64,000 bases of DNA from Deltaproteobacteria bacterium (GCA_033763315.1 JANRKS010000009.1:224001-288000), one strand, 5' to 3'; shown: positions 30,322 through 39,954, counted from the stretch's first letter. Numbers and translations: made by a program. The notes: a model not told the origin generated them from the sequence alone.

Positions 30322-31506
30322 TTATTGGTTCAGGGCCTCCAAGCCGGGCAACGTCTTTCCTTCCAAATAGCGAAGGCTGGCCTCGCCGCCCCCCGACAAA
30401 TGCGAAAATTTATCGGCCACGCCCGCTCGGCGAACGGCCGCGCACGAGTCGCTTCCCGAAACCACCGTGAGGGCACCCACCGCTTTCGCCAGGGCCTTGG
30501 CCACGTCATTGGTGCCCTCAGCAAAGGGTGTGTGCTCGAACGCGCCCATAGGACCGCTCCAAAACACGGTGCGCGCGCGGCTCAGATCTTCTGCGTACCG
30601 GCGTCGGGTTTCGGGCCCAATATCAAGCGCCGCCAAATCTTCCGGCACTTCGAGCGCTGGCACCACCTTGCCCGCTTCGCTGCGCAATCCCGCCGCCGCC
30701 ACAAGGTCGCGCGGCAAGATCACGCGTACGCCTTTATCGTCGGCCTTTCGTAGGAACACGCGCGCCGTGGCCAGCTTGTCGTCTTCGCGCATCGAGCGGC
30801 CGAGCTGCCCGCCTTTGGCGCGCAAGAACGTGTTTGCCACAGCGCCGCCCATGTAAATGGCTTCCACATGGTTCAGAATGCCTTCGAGAAAAGGCAACCG
30901 GTCGCTGACCTTGGCGCCACCCACAACGGCGTAATAAGGCTTGTGCGGTTGACCCCGCAACTGGCCGAAGAACGAAAGCTCTCGTTCCAGCGTGTGGCCC
31001 ATGCCGCGCGTCGCGAAGTGTTTCACCATGCCCACCGTTGACGCGTGGGTTTGGTGGCAGGCGCTAAACGCATCATTGATGTAGACGTCTGCGTAACTGG
31101 CGAGCGCGCGTGCGAAGCCTTCATCGTTCGTGGTCTCGCCGGGCACGAAAGCCAAGTTCTCCAACATCGCGACGCTGCCCTCGCGCAGATCAGCGACCAC
31201 CTTCTTGGCGCCGTCACCCGTTGGTTCATCCGTGAGGAGTACGTCGCGCCGGAGCGCGTCCGCCAGATATGCCGCCACGGGCTCCATCGAATAGCGGGAC
31301 TCGTGTCGCCCTTCGGGCCGCCCCAGATGCGAACCCAACACAACCTTGCATCCCAGCTCCAAGCAATGTTTCAGCGTTGGCAGAGCCTGGTCGATGCGGC
31401 TCGGGTCGGCCACGCCGCCCGCGGGGGTGAGGGGGACGTTGAAATCCACCCGCACAAAGACCCGGCGCCCGGCGAGGTCAAGGTCGGAGATTCTGCGGAT
31501 GGGCAT
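30322..31506 (-). CDS. pgk: Phosphoglycerate kinase-like protein with degenerate active site
   Basis: RVDFNVP, SHLGRP, GGAKVSD and DIGP retained; ENLAF, NDAFSACHQ, WSGPMG, SGSDS and SGGGEAS deviate from consensus. Confidence 0.9.
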   Translation of the reverse strand: MPIRRISDLDLAGRRVFVRVDFNVPLTPAGGVADPSRIDQALPTLKHCLELGCKVVLGSHLGRPEGRHESRYSMEPVAAYLADALRRDVLLTDEPTGDGAKKVVADLREGSVAMLENLAFVPGETTNDEGFARALASYADVYINDAFSACHQTHASTVGMVKHFATRGMGHTLERELSFFGQLRGQPHKPYYAVVGGAKVSDRLPFLEGILNHVEAIYMGGAVANTFLRAKGGQLGRSMREDDKLATARVFLRKADDKGVRVILPRDLVAAAGLRSEAGKVVPALEVPEDLAALDIGPETRRRYAEDLSRARTVFWSGPMGAFEHTPFAEGTNDVAKALAKAVGALTVVSGSDSCAAVRRAGVADKFSHLSGGGEASLRYLEGKTLPGLEALNQ

Positions 31507-31598
31507 ATGAAGCCGCCTGTTCTACACGCTGCGGATCAATCCGTCCACGGGCCAAAAATGCAAAACCCGAACGGGCACGTTGCACATTCGGGTCAAAC

Positions 31599-31627
31599 AA
31601 AAAACGCGCCCAATAAAGGTGGCGCGC
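31599..31627 (-). terminator. Intrinsic terminator after the 64-aa gene
   Basis: CGCGCC/GGCGCG stem followed by a T6 tract on the minus strand. Confidence 0.6.
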
Positions 31628-31634
31628 GGAGTGA

Positions 31635-31829
31635 TTAGTCGAGTCGGCTGGTCTCGTCGATGTCCGACGTAACCAAGCTGATGATTTCGCTTGCGAGGGC
31701 TACGATCTGTTTCGGCTCGTAACCGTTTTGACGCATCTCTTTGTAAACAGACTTGGCCAAAATCTTCAGCGCTTTCTGATGATTGGCGGCGCTGTGGTTT
31801 GATTGTGTGGTTGCCAGTGCTTGTGACAT
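31635..31829 (-). CDS. Small (64 aa) helical hypothetical protein
   Basis: GGAGG RBS, sigma54 promoter and terminator bracket the ORF; amphipathic KALKILAKSVYKEMRQNGY..QIVALASEII. Confidence 0.8.
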   Translation of the reverse strand: MSQALATTQSNHSAANHQKALKILAKSVYKEMRQNGYEPKQIVALASEIISLVTSDIDETSRLD

Positions 31830-31863
31830 TCAACCCTTCCTCCCAGAAGGCGATTGCGTCTAT

Positions 31864-31880
31864 AGCACGGCTTATGCCAA
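31864..31880 (-). promoter_or_regulatory. Sigma54 (-24/-12) promoter
   Basis: TTGGCATAAGCCGTGCT = GG-N10-GC, 35 nt upstream of the 64-aa gene. Confidence 0.8.
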
Positions 31881-31893
31881 GGTCAGGAGTTCT

Positions 31894-31906
31894 TAAGTGT
31901 TTGATT
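31894..31906 (-). promoter_or_regulatory. IHF binding site
   Basis: AATCAAACACTTA matches WATCAANNNNTTR exactly and lies just upstream of the sigma54 promoter. Confidence 0.65.
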
Positions 31907-32071
31907 TTGTTGGGGCAATTATAGCCCCGGGGCCTCAAGTGCGCACGCTGCTACGCACTCGCCCAGCGAAGGCGAGCAATCACCCCCGTGACGGTGCGAA
32001 GAAATTTTCGCACGTGAGTAAGGGAAATCGCAGCCCACGCCCTAAAGATTGCTGGGACCCTGCCGAGGGAT

Positions 32072-33250
32072 GTGTCAGGTTTCGATACAGATATGACGCA
32101 GGGGCCCAAGGAGAACCTCGACGATCGCACCATGGTGCTCGTGTCCGTGGCAAAACGCCAATGGGAACGCACCTTTGACGCGATCAGCGAGCCGCTGATG
32201 CTCATCGACAGCCAGTATGTGATCCGCCGTGCCAACCTTGCGTTGGCGGATGACCTGGGCGCGCCTGTGCAAGGTGTGGTGGGACGCAAATGCCACGAAC
32301 TGCGTGCCGAATCGCCGCGCTCCTTGCCCCGCAGCGGCGAGGGCCCCTGCCAAGGTTGCCCGGTGGACCGCGCACAGAACGAGCAGAGCGCGCGCATCGC
32401 GGAGCTTGAAACCAACAACGGCCGCATCTATCGCATTCACGTTTATCCGTTCGAGGACAACGACGAACGCCTCAGTATCTGCCGTTACCGGGATGTTACC
32501 GAAGAGCGCACGCTGGCGCGGCAGTTGAGCCACGCCGAAAAATTGGCGGCCATCGGACGTTTGGCGGGCGGCGTGGCGCACGAGATCAACAACCCGCTGG
32601 GCGGCATCTTGGCGTTCACCCAGATCTTGCAACGGAACGACATCACCCCTGACGAACGCGCCGAGTATCTAGAGGAGATCGAGAAGATGGCCTTGCGGTG
32701 CAAAGCCATTGTTCAATCGCTTTTGCGGTTCGCGCGGCAAGCGCCGGGAACGGTGCGTGGGCCGGTGCTGTTGAATGACGTGATCTCTCAGGCGCTGCGT
32801 TTTTCGCCCTTTAAGTTCGGTGCACGCGACGTTGAGATAAGAACGCTCTTGGCGCCGAACCTGCCGCCCATCGAAGGCAACGCAAACCAACTTGAACAAA
32901 TCCTGATCAACTTGTTGTCAAACGCCGTGGACGCGATCGCCTCTGCGCGTCCCGACGGCCGGGGGCGCATTGATGTGTCCACGCGCTTCGAGCAAAACCA
33001 AGTGTGGCTTGAGGTGCGTGACGATGGCCCGGGTCTGGCACAGGAAGGTTTGCAAAAGATCTTCGATCCCTTCTTCACAACAAAAGAAGAAGGCAAGGGC
33101 ACGGGCCTCGGTTTGGCCGTGACCTACGCGATTGTTCAAGAGCACGGTGGTCACATCTCGGCCGCCAACCATCCGGGTGGCGGTGCCGTATTCACAGTGC
33201 GCTTTCCGGCGATGCCGCGTGTGCCGCGCCGGACGCCCACCGTCGGGTAA
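32072..33250 (+). CDS. Cytoplasmic PAS-domain sensor histidine kinase (NtrB-like), orphan
   Basis: H-box AHEINNPL, N-box NLLSNAVDA, DDGPG, FDPFFTTK, GTGLGL; start may be ATG 32093. Confidence 0.93.
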   Translation: MSGFDTDMTQGPKENLDDRTMVLVSVAKRQWERTFDAISEPLMLIDSQYVIRRANLALADDLGAPVQGVVGRKCHELRAESPRSLPRSGEGPCQGCPVDRAQNEQSARIAELETNNGRIYRIHVYPFEDNDERLSICRYRDVTEERTLARQLSHAEKLAAIGRLAGGVAHEINNPLGGILAFTQILQRNDITPDERAEYLEEIEKMALRCKAIVQSLLRFARQAPGTVRGPVLLNDVISQALRFSPFKFGARDVEIRTLLAPNLPPIEGNANQLEQILINLLSNAVDAIASARPDGRGRIDVSTRFEQNQVWLEVRDDGPGLAQEGLQKIFDPFFTTKEEGKGTGLGLAVTYAIVQEHGGHISAANHPGGGAVFTVRFPAMPRVPRRTPTVG

Positions 33251-34895
33251 CGGCCACAGCCGCTTTGTATTGTTCCACCCATGCGGCCTGCTGTGCGGCA
33301 GACGCGTTGAGCTCTTTGGCGAGACTTGCAGCCACGCGATCACACGCTGGCACGCCTTGCTGGGCGCCGTTGCGGAACACCGAGAGCCGACGACGTAACA
33401 CATCTTCCACGGTGCGCGCTTGTTCATATCGCGCGGCGAACACAACCTCGGCCCACACATCGGGCAGATCTTGATCGATGGGCGCCGCGAGGCTGGCATC
33501 GGTGAGGCAAAGCGCGGCCACAAAGGGCGCGCGTGCGCCGTAGCGACTGCGTAGATGAACCTGGGTGGCTTCTGACAAAGCGCTCAACGCGCCTTCGGCG
33601 TCTGTTGTGACGGGCCACGCGGCGGCGCCGGGCAAGGGATATGTGGCGGTGCTGCACTTGCCCGGGATGGCGGAAAGGCCGCGCCGACGCCCCCAATGAC
33701 ACAAACGATCGACGATCTGTTCGGCCATCTTGCGCATCGTTGTCAGCTTGCCGCCCACAATGGTCACCGCGCCGTCTTCGAAAAACAATTCATGTTCGCG
33801 AGAGGTGGCCGACGGCGAAGCGTCGAGCGAAGCCACCAAAGGGCGCAGCCCGGCCCAGGTAGAAATGACATCCTCGTCTCGGAGGCGCGCCTCGGGAAAA
33901 GCGGCGTTTGCGGCTTCGAGAAGGTAATCCACGTCGCTGCGGCTGGCGGCAATCGCATCGCCCGGCTCCGCGGTGCCTCGCGGCCGATGTTCGGGGTGCC
34001 AGTCTGTATCGGTGGTTCCAATGGCGGTGCGCGCGCCTGCGGGCAAAATGAAAAACAGACGTCCGTCGCGCGGTGAATTGAGCACGAAGACGCGCCCGTT
34101 GGTGGGCAATCGTTTGGCATCCACCACGATGTGAACGCCCAGCGTGGGACGCAGGCGATGGGTGTTGGCGAACGTATCTGAGAACGGCCCCGTGGCGTTG
34201 ACGTACGCACGCGTTTTGACTTCGATGGCGTCGCTGTCGCGCTCTTGGTCATGCAGACTCAACGTGAAGATATTGTCCACGCGTGTGGGCTGATCGGCTT
34301 TCACGTAGTTGAGACACACGGCTCCCGCCGCTTCGGCGTCCAACACATTTTCGAGCACGAGGCGCGCATCATCGGTTTGGCAGTCTTGGTAGATCTGCGC
34401 GCCCAGCAGATCGCGCTTGCGCAGCAGAGGCGCCTGTTGCGACAGCTGCTCAGCGCTCAAGCGCACACGTTTGCTGGGGCGTTGCCACAAGGCCAACAGG
34501 TTGTATAGGCGCACCCCGATGCCAATGGCGGCCAGCGATGGCTTGCCACCCTTATAGGCGGGAAAGACAAAATCGATCGGCTGGCAAAGGTGCGGTGCCG
34601 TGCGCATCAGACGCCGTCGTTCTGCAAGGCCCTCGAACACCAAGCCGAAGTTGCCGTACTGCAAATAGCGAATGCCGCCGTGGATCAACCGCGACGATGC
34701 AGACGAGGTCTGCGACGCGAAATCACCGCAGTCGACGAGTAGCGTCTTGAGGCCGCGCAAAGCCGCGTCGCGGGCCGTGGCTGCACCGGTGGCGCCACCA
34801 CCCACGATCACAACGTCGAATGTGTGGCCCGTGAGGCGTTGGAATTGACTGTGCCGGGTGGGCGGCGGCGAAGGGAAGTGATGGGAAGCGGCCAT
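33192..34895 (-). CDS. glpD: FAD-dependent glycerol-3-phosphate dehydrogenase
   Basis: VGGGATG, TSSASSRLIHGGIRYL, TDDARL, GTTD, GLRPL, GGKLTT. Confidence 0.92.
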   Translation of the reverse strand: MAASHHFPSPPPTRHSQFQRLTGHTFDVVIVGGGATGAATARDAALRGLKTLLVDCGDFASQTSSASSRLIHGGIRYLQYGNFGLVFEGLAERRRLMRTAPHLCQPIDFVFPAYKGGKPSLAAIGIGVRLYNLLALWQRPSKRVRLSAEQLSQQAPLLRKRDLLGAQIYQDCQTDDARLVLENVLDAEAAGAVCLNYVKADQPTRVDNIFTLSLHDQERDSDAIEVKTRAYVNATGPFSDTFANTHRLRPTLGVHIVVDAKRLPTNGRVFVLNSPRDGRLFFILPAGARTAIGTTDTDWHPEHRPRGTAEPGDAIAASRSDVDYLLEAANAAFPEARLRDEDVISTWAGLRPLVASLDASPSATSREHELFFEDGAVTIVGGKLTTMRKMAEQIVDRLCHWGRRRGLSAIPGKCSTATYPLPGAAAWPVTTDAEGALSALSEATQVHLRSRYGARAPFVAALCLTDASLAAPIDQDLPDVWAEVVFAARYEQARTVEDVLRRRLSVFRNGAQQGVPACDRVAASLAKELNASAAQQAAWVEQYKAAVAVTRRWASGAAHAASPESAL

Positions 34896-34970
34896 GGCAA
34901 GCCCACGTGCGTAGGCATAGTGAAGTTTAACAGCTTCTGCCGTTCGCGCGCGGGCCGGGCCTGGCCTCCT

Positions 34971-36785
34971 TTATGTGGTTCGCAGGGCGATGTGCAACTC
35001 TTCCAGCTGCTTGTTCGATACAGTCCCCGGCGCGTCCGTACACAGATCGGTGCCCTTTTGCGTTTTCGGAAACGCGATAACGTCGCGAAGCGATTCAGCG
35101 CCACACATCAGCATCGCCAAGCGATCAAGCCCCGCCGCGATGCCGCCGTGGGGAGGCGGCCCGTAACGGAAGGCCTCAAGCAGGAACCCGAACTTTTGCT
35201 GCGCGTCCGCGTCCGAAAGGCCGAGCGCCCGGAACACACGCTCTTGCACGTCACGGCGGTGGATACGAATGGAACCGCCGGCGATCTCGTTGCCGTTGAG
35301 GCACAAGTCGTAGGCACGCGCCCGCACAGAGGCAGGATCGGATTCAAGCCGAGGCAAGTCTTCGTCAAGTGGGGAAGTGAACGGGTGGTGGGCTGCCACC
35401 AAGTGGCCGTCTTCCGCACCTTCGAACAACGGGAATTCCGTGATCCAGCAGAACTTCCACACGTTCTTCGGAATCAATCCCATTTTATCTGCCAGGTGCA
35501 GGCGCAGGGCACCAAGCACCGTGTTGGCCAATTTGCGTGAGCCGAATTGGAAGAACAAGAGATCGCCATCCACCGCTTCACAAGCGCGGTTGATCTGTTG
35601 GCGCATGTCATCCGCCACCGTTTTAAGGGGCGTTTGCGTCCATGCTCCACCATCGGCGATGCGTGCACGGGCCAAACCTTTGGCGCCAAAGCCTTTAACC
35701 CATTCTTCAAGCTTATCGACCTCGGTGCGCGACAGTTTCGTGGCTTGTTCCGCGGGCAAACGCCACACCTTGACCACCGCCGGATCCGTGGCAGGACGTT
35801 TGGCTTCCAACGCCGTTTTGAACATGCCAATGCCACCGCCGTCGGCGCCACGCACAATCTCCGTCACATCGGTGAGCGGCAGATCGAATCGCAGATCAGG
35901 CTTGTCCGAACCGTACTTCGACATGGCCTCGTGGTAAGGCATGCGCGCGAACGGCGTGGGGATGGTGACACCCAAGACGTCCTTCCACAGGCTGGATGTG
36001 AGATCTTCGATTACGGACTGCACGTCAGTTTCGGTCACGAAACTCATCTCAAGATCGATCTGCGTGAACTCGGGCTGCCGATCTTGGCGCAGATCTTCAT
36101 CGCGAAAGCATCGAACGATCTGAAAATACCGATCAAAGCCGGCCACCATGAACAGCTGCTTGAAGATCTGAGGCGATTCCGCCAAGCCATAAAAGCTGCC
36201 TGGGTTCAAACGCGAAGGCACCAAGAAGTTGCGCGCGCCGCCTGGGGTGTATTTCACCATGAACGGCGTCTCGATCTCCAAGAAGCCGTGGCGAGCCAGA
36301 GTGTTGCGCGCGGTGTGATAAATCTTCGAGCGCAAGATGAAATTCTTCTGCAAGCTTGGGCGCCGCAGGTCGAGCGCGCGGTGCTTGAGGCGAATGTTCT
36401 CGTTGGTGCCAATGTCGTCGGCGATCTCAAAGGGAGGCGTGTCCGACTTCGAGAAGATCGTCAGTTTGTCGCAATGAACTTCGATCTCACCGGTCGAGAG
36501 GTTCGGGTTCTTGTTGCTGCCGCCGCGGCTGCGCACGACGCCCGATAGGCCCACGCAGAACTCCGAACGCAGCTCGCCCGCCAAGGCGAACGCATCGGGG
36601 CCGTAGCTTGGCTCGAACACCACTTGGGTGATGCCGCCGCGATCGCGCAGATCGATGAACACACACCCGCCGTGGTCGCGGCGATTGCTGACCCATCCAA
36701 AGAGCACGACGCGTTGGCCGTCGTCGGCCGCGCGCAGGGCACCACAATCATGCGTTCGCTTGAGATCTTTGAGAAACTCGGACAT
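34971..36785 (-). CDS. aspS: Aspartate-tRNA ligase, probably non-discriminating (Asp/Asn)
   Basis: RRDHGG, GARNFLVPSR, CFRDEDLRQDRQPEFTQ, PPHGGIAAGLDR. Confidence 0.98.
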   Translation of the reverse strand: MSEFLKDLKRTHDCGALRAADDGQRVVLFGWVSNRRDHGGCVFIDLRDRGGITQVVFEPSYGPDAFALAGELRSEFCVGLSGVVRSRGGSNKNPNLSTGEIEVHCDKLTIFSKSDTPPFEIADDIGTNENIRLKHRALDLRRPSLQKNFILRSKIYHTARNTLARHGFLEIETPFMVKYTPGGARNFLVPSRLNPGSFYGLAESPQIFKQLFMVAGFDRYFQIVRCFRDEDLRQDRQPEFTQIDLEMSFVTETDVQSVIEDLTSSLWKDVLGVTIPTPFARMPYHEAMSKYGSDKPDLRFDLPLTDVTEIVRGADGGGIGMFKTALEAKRPATDPAVVKVWRLPAEQATKLSRTEVDKLEEWVKGFGAKGLARARIADGGAWTQTPLKTVADDMRQQINRACEAVDGDLLFFQFGSRKLANTVLGALRLHLADKMGLIPKNVWKFCWITEFPLFEGAEDGHLVAAHHPFTSPLDEDLPRLESDPASVRARAYDLCLNGNEIAGGSIRIHRRDVQERVFRALGLSDADAQQKFGFLLEAFRYGPPPHGGIAAGLDRLAMLMCGAESLRDVIAFPKTQKGTDLCTDAPGTVSNKQLEELHIALRTT

Positions 36786-36890
36786 GCCGCGAACATAGCC
36801 GCAACCTTGGAGGTTCGGAAGGGGCAGGCGTGCGGGAAGGGGGGCGAAAGGGTCGAAACGGGGGTCCCGTGCTGTTTTGCCGAGGTGGGC

Positions 36891-37853
36891 TTAAGGCTTA
36901 CGGGGGTTTGCGGCCTGATCTCGCTCGCGCCGTTCGCGCTTCTCCACAACTTGCCGGGCACGCTTGGCCTGCAGCGCCGGCGAAGGCCGCCGCCCCTGCA
37001 GCGCTTCTTGCTCTTTGTGGTGCTCATCGAACGAGCCGGGCGAGACGCCCAACTCGAAGATGGTAACTTCGCGGCGTGCGCGCTCGCCCACCCGAAGCGG
37101 CATGATGGCGGCACCTATGCCCGCACCCACATACACAGCCCCGGAAACGCCGGGGCCCCGCGCGCGGCTGCCGTACAGCCCGTGTACGTAACGGTGCCCA
37201 AACAAGCGCCCCGCTGCCAGCTCGTGAAGCTTCGCCACCGTGATCTGACCGGCGTGCGTGTGGCCCGAAAGCACAAAGGGCACGCCCCGGGTCCACAGCG
37301 CATCGGCTTCCTCGGCAATGTGCGACAAACCGAGCGTCGGCAGGGCTCGGTTAAGGCCGCGGGTCGCCTGGTCCTTATCGGCATGCCCGGTGTAAGCGTC
37401 GTCCAGCCCCACCACCTGCAGCTTTTGTCCGCGCAGGGTGATGACCGTATTTTGGTTGTTCAGCACCTCAACGCCGCCTTTGCGCAAGGCCAAACGCACT
37501 TCGGGAGCGCCCGACCAGTGATCATGGTTGCCCAGCACCGCGATGGCCGGGACTTTAAACAACGACACGAGCTCGGTGAGTTGGTCTAGATAGAGCTGGC
37601 TGTGACAAACAAAATCCCCGGTGAGAACCACCAGGTCGGGCTGCTCAGCGTTTGCCTTCGCCACCGCTTCGAGCTGAACGGCGTAGGGCGTAACCTTGCC
37701 CACGTGCTGATCCGTGAGGTGGGCCACCCGCAGTGGCGCCATCTGCTCGACGTAACTTTCGGGACCCGCAAACCGCCGCAAATGGATGCGTGAACGGGGG
37801 GCGCGATTGCCGGAACGGCCGCTTAAAAGGATGCCAGCTGGCAAACCAAACAT
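36891..37853 (-). CDS. Calcineurin-like metallophosphoesterase (YkuE-like)
   Basis: DQH, GDFV, GNHD, SH and GHTH motifs. Confidence 0.9.
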   Translation of the reverse strand: MFGLPAGILLSGRSGNRAPRSRIHLRRFAGPESYVEQMAPLRVAHLTDQHVGKVTPYAVQLEAVAKANAEQPDLVVLTGDFVCHSQLYLDQLTELVSLFKVPAIAVLGNHDHWSGAPEVRLALRKGGVEVLNNQNTVITLRGQKLQVVGLDDAYTGHADKDQATRGLNRALPTLGLSHIAEEADALWTRGVPFVLSGHTHAGQITVAKLHELAAGRLFGHRYVHGLYGSRARGPGVSGAVYVGAGIGAAIMPLRVGERARREVTIFELGVSPGSFDEHHKEQEALQGRRPSPALQAKRARQVVEKRERRERDQAANPRKP

Positions 37854-37861
37854 GTTCGCCC

Positions 37862-37870
37862 ATTATAGCA
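37862..37870 (-). promoter_or_regulatory. Extended -10 promoter, leaderless-type
   Basis: TGCTATAAT 8 nt upstream of ATG 37853. Confidence 0.7.
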
Positions 37871-37953
37871 CCCCTGCGCAGAGATCGGGCCCGCGGGGCA
37901 AAGCAGGACACGCGGTCAAGAAGCGCGCGTGAGTTGCCGATGCTCAATCCTCT

Positions 37954-39186
37954 TTGGCAAGTCCGATCGACGTGTATGTGGCGCGACAGCCGATCTTTGA
38001 TCGGCGTGGTCAAGTGACGGCGTATGAGCTGCTTTATCGCTCTGGCCTGCGCAACGCCGTGCCCGCTGGGATGGATTTGGATCACGCGTCCGCCAAAGTT
38101 ATCAGCGACGCACTTTCCGTGTTTGGTTACGACGTCCTGCTGGACAAGCGTCCCGGTTACGTGAACGCAAGCGAGAAGGTCTTGATTGAAGGCTGGTACC
38201 GCGTGTTGCCCCCAGGCAACACAGTGGTGGAGGTGCTGGAATCGGTGATGCCCACACCGGCGGTGCTCGCCAGCTGTCACGCGGCAAAGATGGCCGGCTA
38301 CAAGTTGGCCTTAGACGACTTTGTGTATCGGCCGCAGTTGCGACCGTTGCTGGACTTGGCTGACATCGTGAAGATCGATTTTTTGGAGATCGTGGGCGAG
38401 CAACGTGAGTTCGCGCGCGATCTCGTGGGGCACCAACGCTTGGCTCTGGCGGAGAAGGTGGAAACGGTGGCCGACTTTAAGGCCGCGGTAGATTTGGGAT
38501 ACGATCTGTTTCAAGGGTACTTCTTCGCCCGGCCCGAGATCGTGGCTCGCAAAGACATCGCGCCCGCCAAGCTCGCCTACGTGCATCTGCTGGGTGAGTT
38601 GAACAAAGAAGACCTGGATTTCCCATCGGTGGAGCTGATCATCAAGCGCGATCCGGCGTTGGCGCTCAAGCTATTGCGGTTCCTAAACTCCGCGGCGTTC
38701 GGGTGGCGCAGCCGCGTGGAGACGTTGCGACAGGCGCTGGTCCTGCTGGGTGAGCGGCCGTTTCGCCGTTGGGCCTCGCTGATTGCCATCTCCGTGTTGG
38801 CTGAAGATCACCCGATGCCGCTGCTGATGTCATGCATGGTGCGTGCGCGGTTTGCCGAAGCGCTTGTGGGTTTGGCAGGCATGCAAGAGCGCTGTTTGGA
38901 TGCGTTCTTTGCTGGCATGTTCTCCGGTCTCGACGCGTTGGTGGGGCGGCCGCTGGCGGAGCTGCTAATCGATCTGCGTTTGGCGCCCGATCTGCGCGAA
39001 GCCCTCTTGGGGCAAGGCCGAGGTAAGCTTGCGGCGTGCATCACGATCGTGTTGGCCTATGAAACGGGCAACTGGGATGACGTAGGCGACGCCGCCCAAG
39101 GACTTGAACTTGATGATTTGGCGGTGGCGCACGCTTACCGCGAGGCCATCGAGTGGGCCCAGCAGTGTTGGCCCAACAGCCCCTGA
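37954..39186 (+). CDS. EAL-HDOD c-di-GMP phosphodiesterase (YuxH/PdeH-like)
   Basis: ARQPI, YELLYR, EVLE, LDDF, AEKVET, QGYFF, then HDOD (DPALALKLLRFLNS). Confidence 0.92.
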   Translation: MASPIDVYVARQPIFDRRGQVTAYELLYRSGLRNAVPAGMDLDHASAKVISDALSVFGYDVLLDKRPGYVNASEKVLIEGWYRVLPPGNTVVEVLESVMPTPAVLASCHAAKMAGYKLALDDFVYRPQLRPLLDLADIVKIDFLEIVGEQREFARDLVGHQRLALAEKVETVADFKAAVDLGYDLFQGYFFARPEIVARKDIAPAKLAYVHLLGELNKEDLDFPSVELIIKRDPALALKLLRFLNSAAFGWRSRVETLRQALVLLGERPFRRWASLIAISVLAEDHPMPLLMSCMVRARFAEALVGLAGMQERCLDAFFAGMFSGLDALVGRPLAELLIDLRLAPDLREALLGQGRGKLAACITIVLAYETGNWDDVGDAAQGLELDDLAVAHAYREAIEWAQQCWPNSP

Positions 39187-39954
39187 TCAACGGGCGCTGG
39201 TTTCGAGAAAATCGAGCACGGCGGATACGAATTTATCGGGCGCCTCTAGGTTGGTGAGGTGCCCGGCGCCCGCGATCTTGGTGAACGATCCGTAAGGCAA
39301 CGCGGCCGCCATTTGCTGCCCTTCGGCCGGCGTGGCGATCAAGTCGTGCTCACCCACCACCACCAACGTTGACACGCGGATGTTGGCCAACTCCTGGCTG
39401 CGATCCGGGCGATCGCGCAAGGCCGCCAACGCTGCCAACACGCCGGGTTGCGGTTGATTCATCAACGACCTCGTCAATGCGCGCACGCTGGCGGAGGCCG
39501 TGGGCGCCAACAATTTTTCCACCATTCCGTCAGCGAACGCCCCCACGCCCTGCTCTTGCACGGTCTTGATCGCGTTGGCGCGACCCTGCAGCGCTTGCGC
39601 TGAATCTGCGGTCGCTTTGGTGTCTGCCAAAACGAGAGCCTTCACTTGTTCGGGATGCCTGTTGATGAGAGCCAAAGCTATGTACCCACCCATCGACAAG
39701 CCCAGCACTGTGGCTTTGCGGATGCCAAGCGATTGCAGCAACCCCGATACGGCTTCCGCTTGATCCACGATTGACCACGGACCTTTGCCGGGTGATTGCC
39801 CGAAGCCCATAAGGTCGGGTGCGATCACGCGCAAGCCCGCTTTCACAAACAAAGGCGTCACTCCCGACCAGAAAGTGCGATCGAAGGGAAACGCGTGCAA
39901 CAGCAGCAGCGGTTCGCCTTGCCCTTCGTCGTCGAAGCGGAGCGCGTCGGACAT
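39187..39954 (-). CDS. Alpha/beta hydrolase
   Basis: LLHAFP, DLMGFG, GLSMGG nucleophile elbow, GEHD, AGH. Confidence 0.93.
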   Translation of the reverse strand: MSDALRFDDEGQGEPLLLLHAFPFDRTFWSGVTPLFVKAGLRVIAPDLMGFGQSPGKGPWSIVDQAEAVSGLLQSLGIRKATVLGLSMGGYIALALINRHPEQVKALVLADTKATADSAQALQGRANAIKTVQEQGVGAFADGMVEKLLAPTASASVRALTRSLMNQPQPGVLAALAALRDRPDRSQELANIRVSTLVVVGEHDLIATPAEGQQMAAALPYGSFTKIAGAGHLTNLEAPDKFVSAVLDFLETSAR

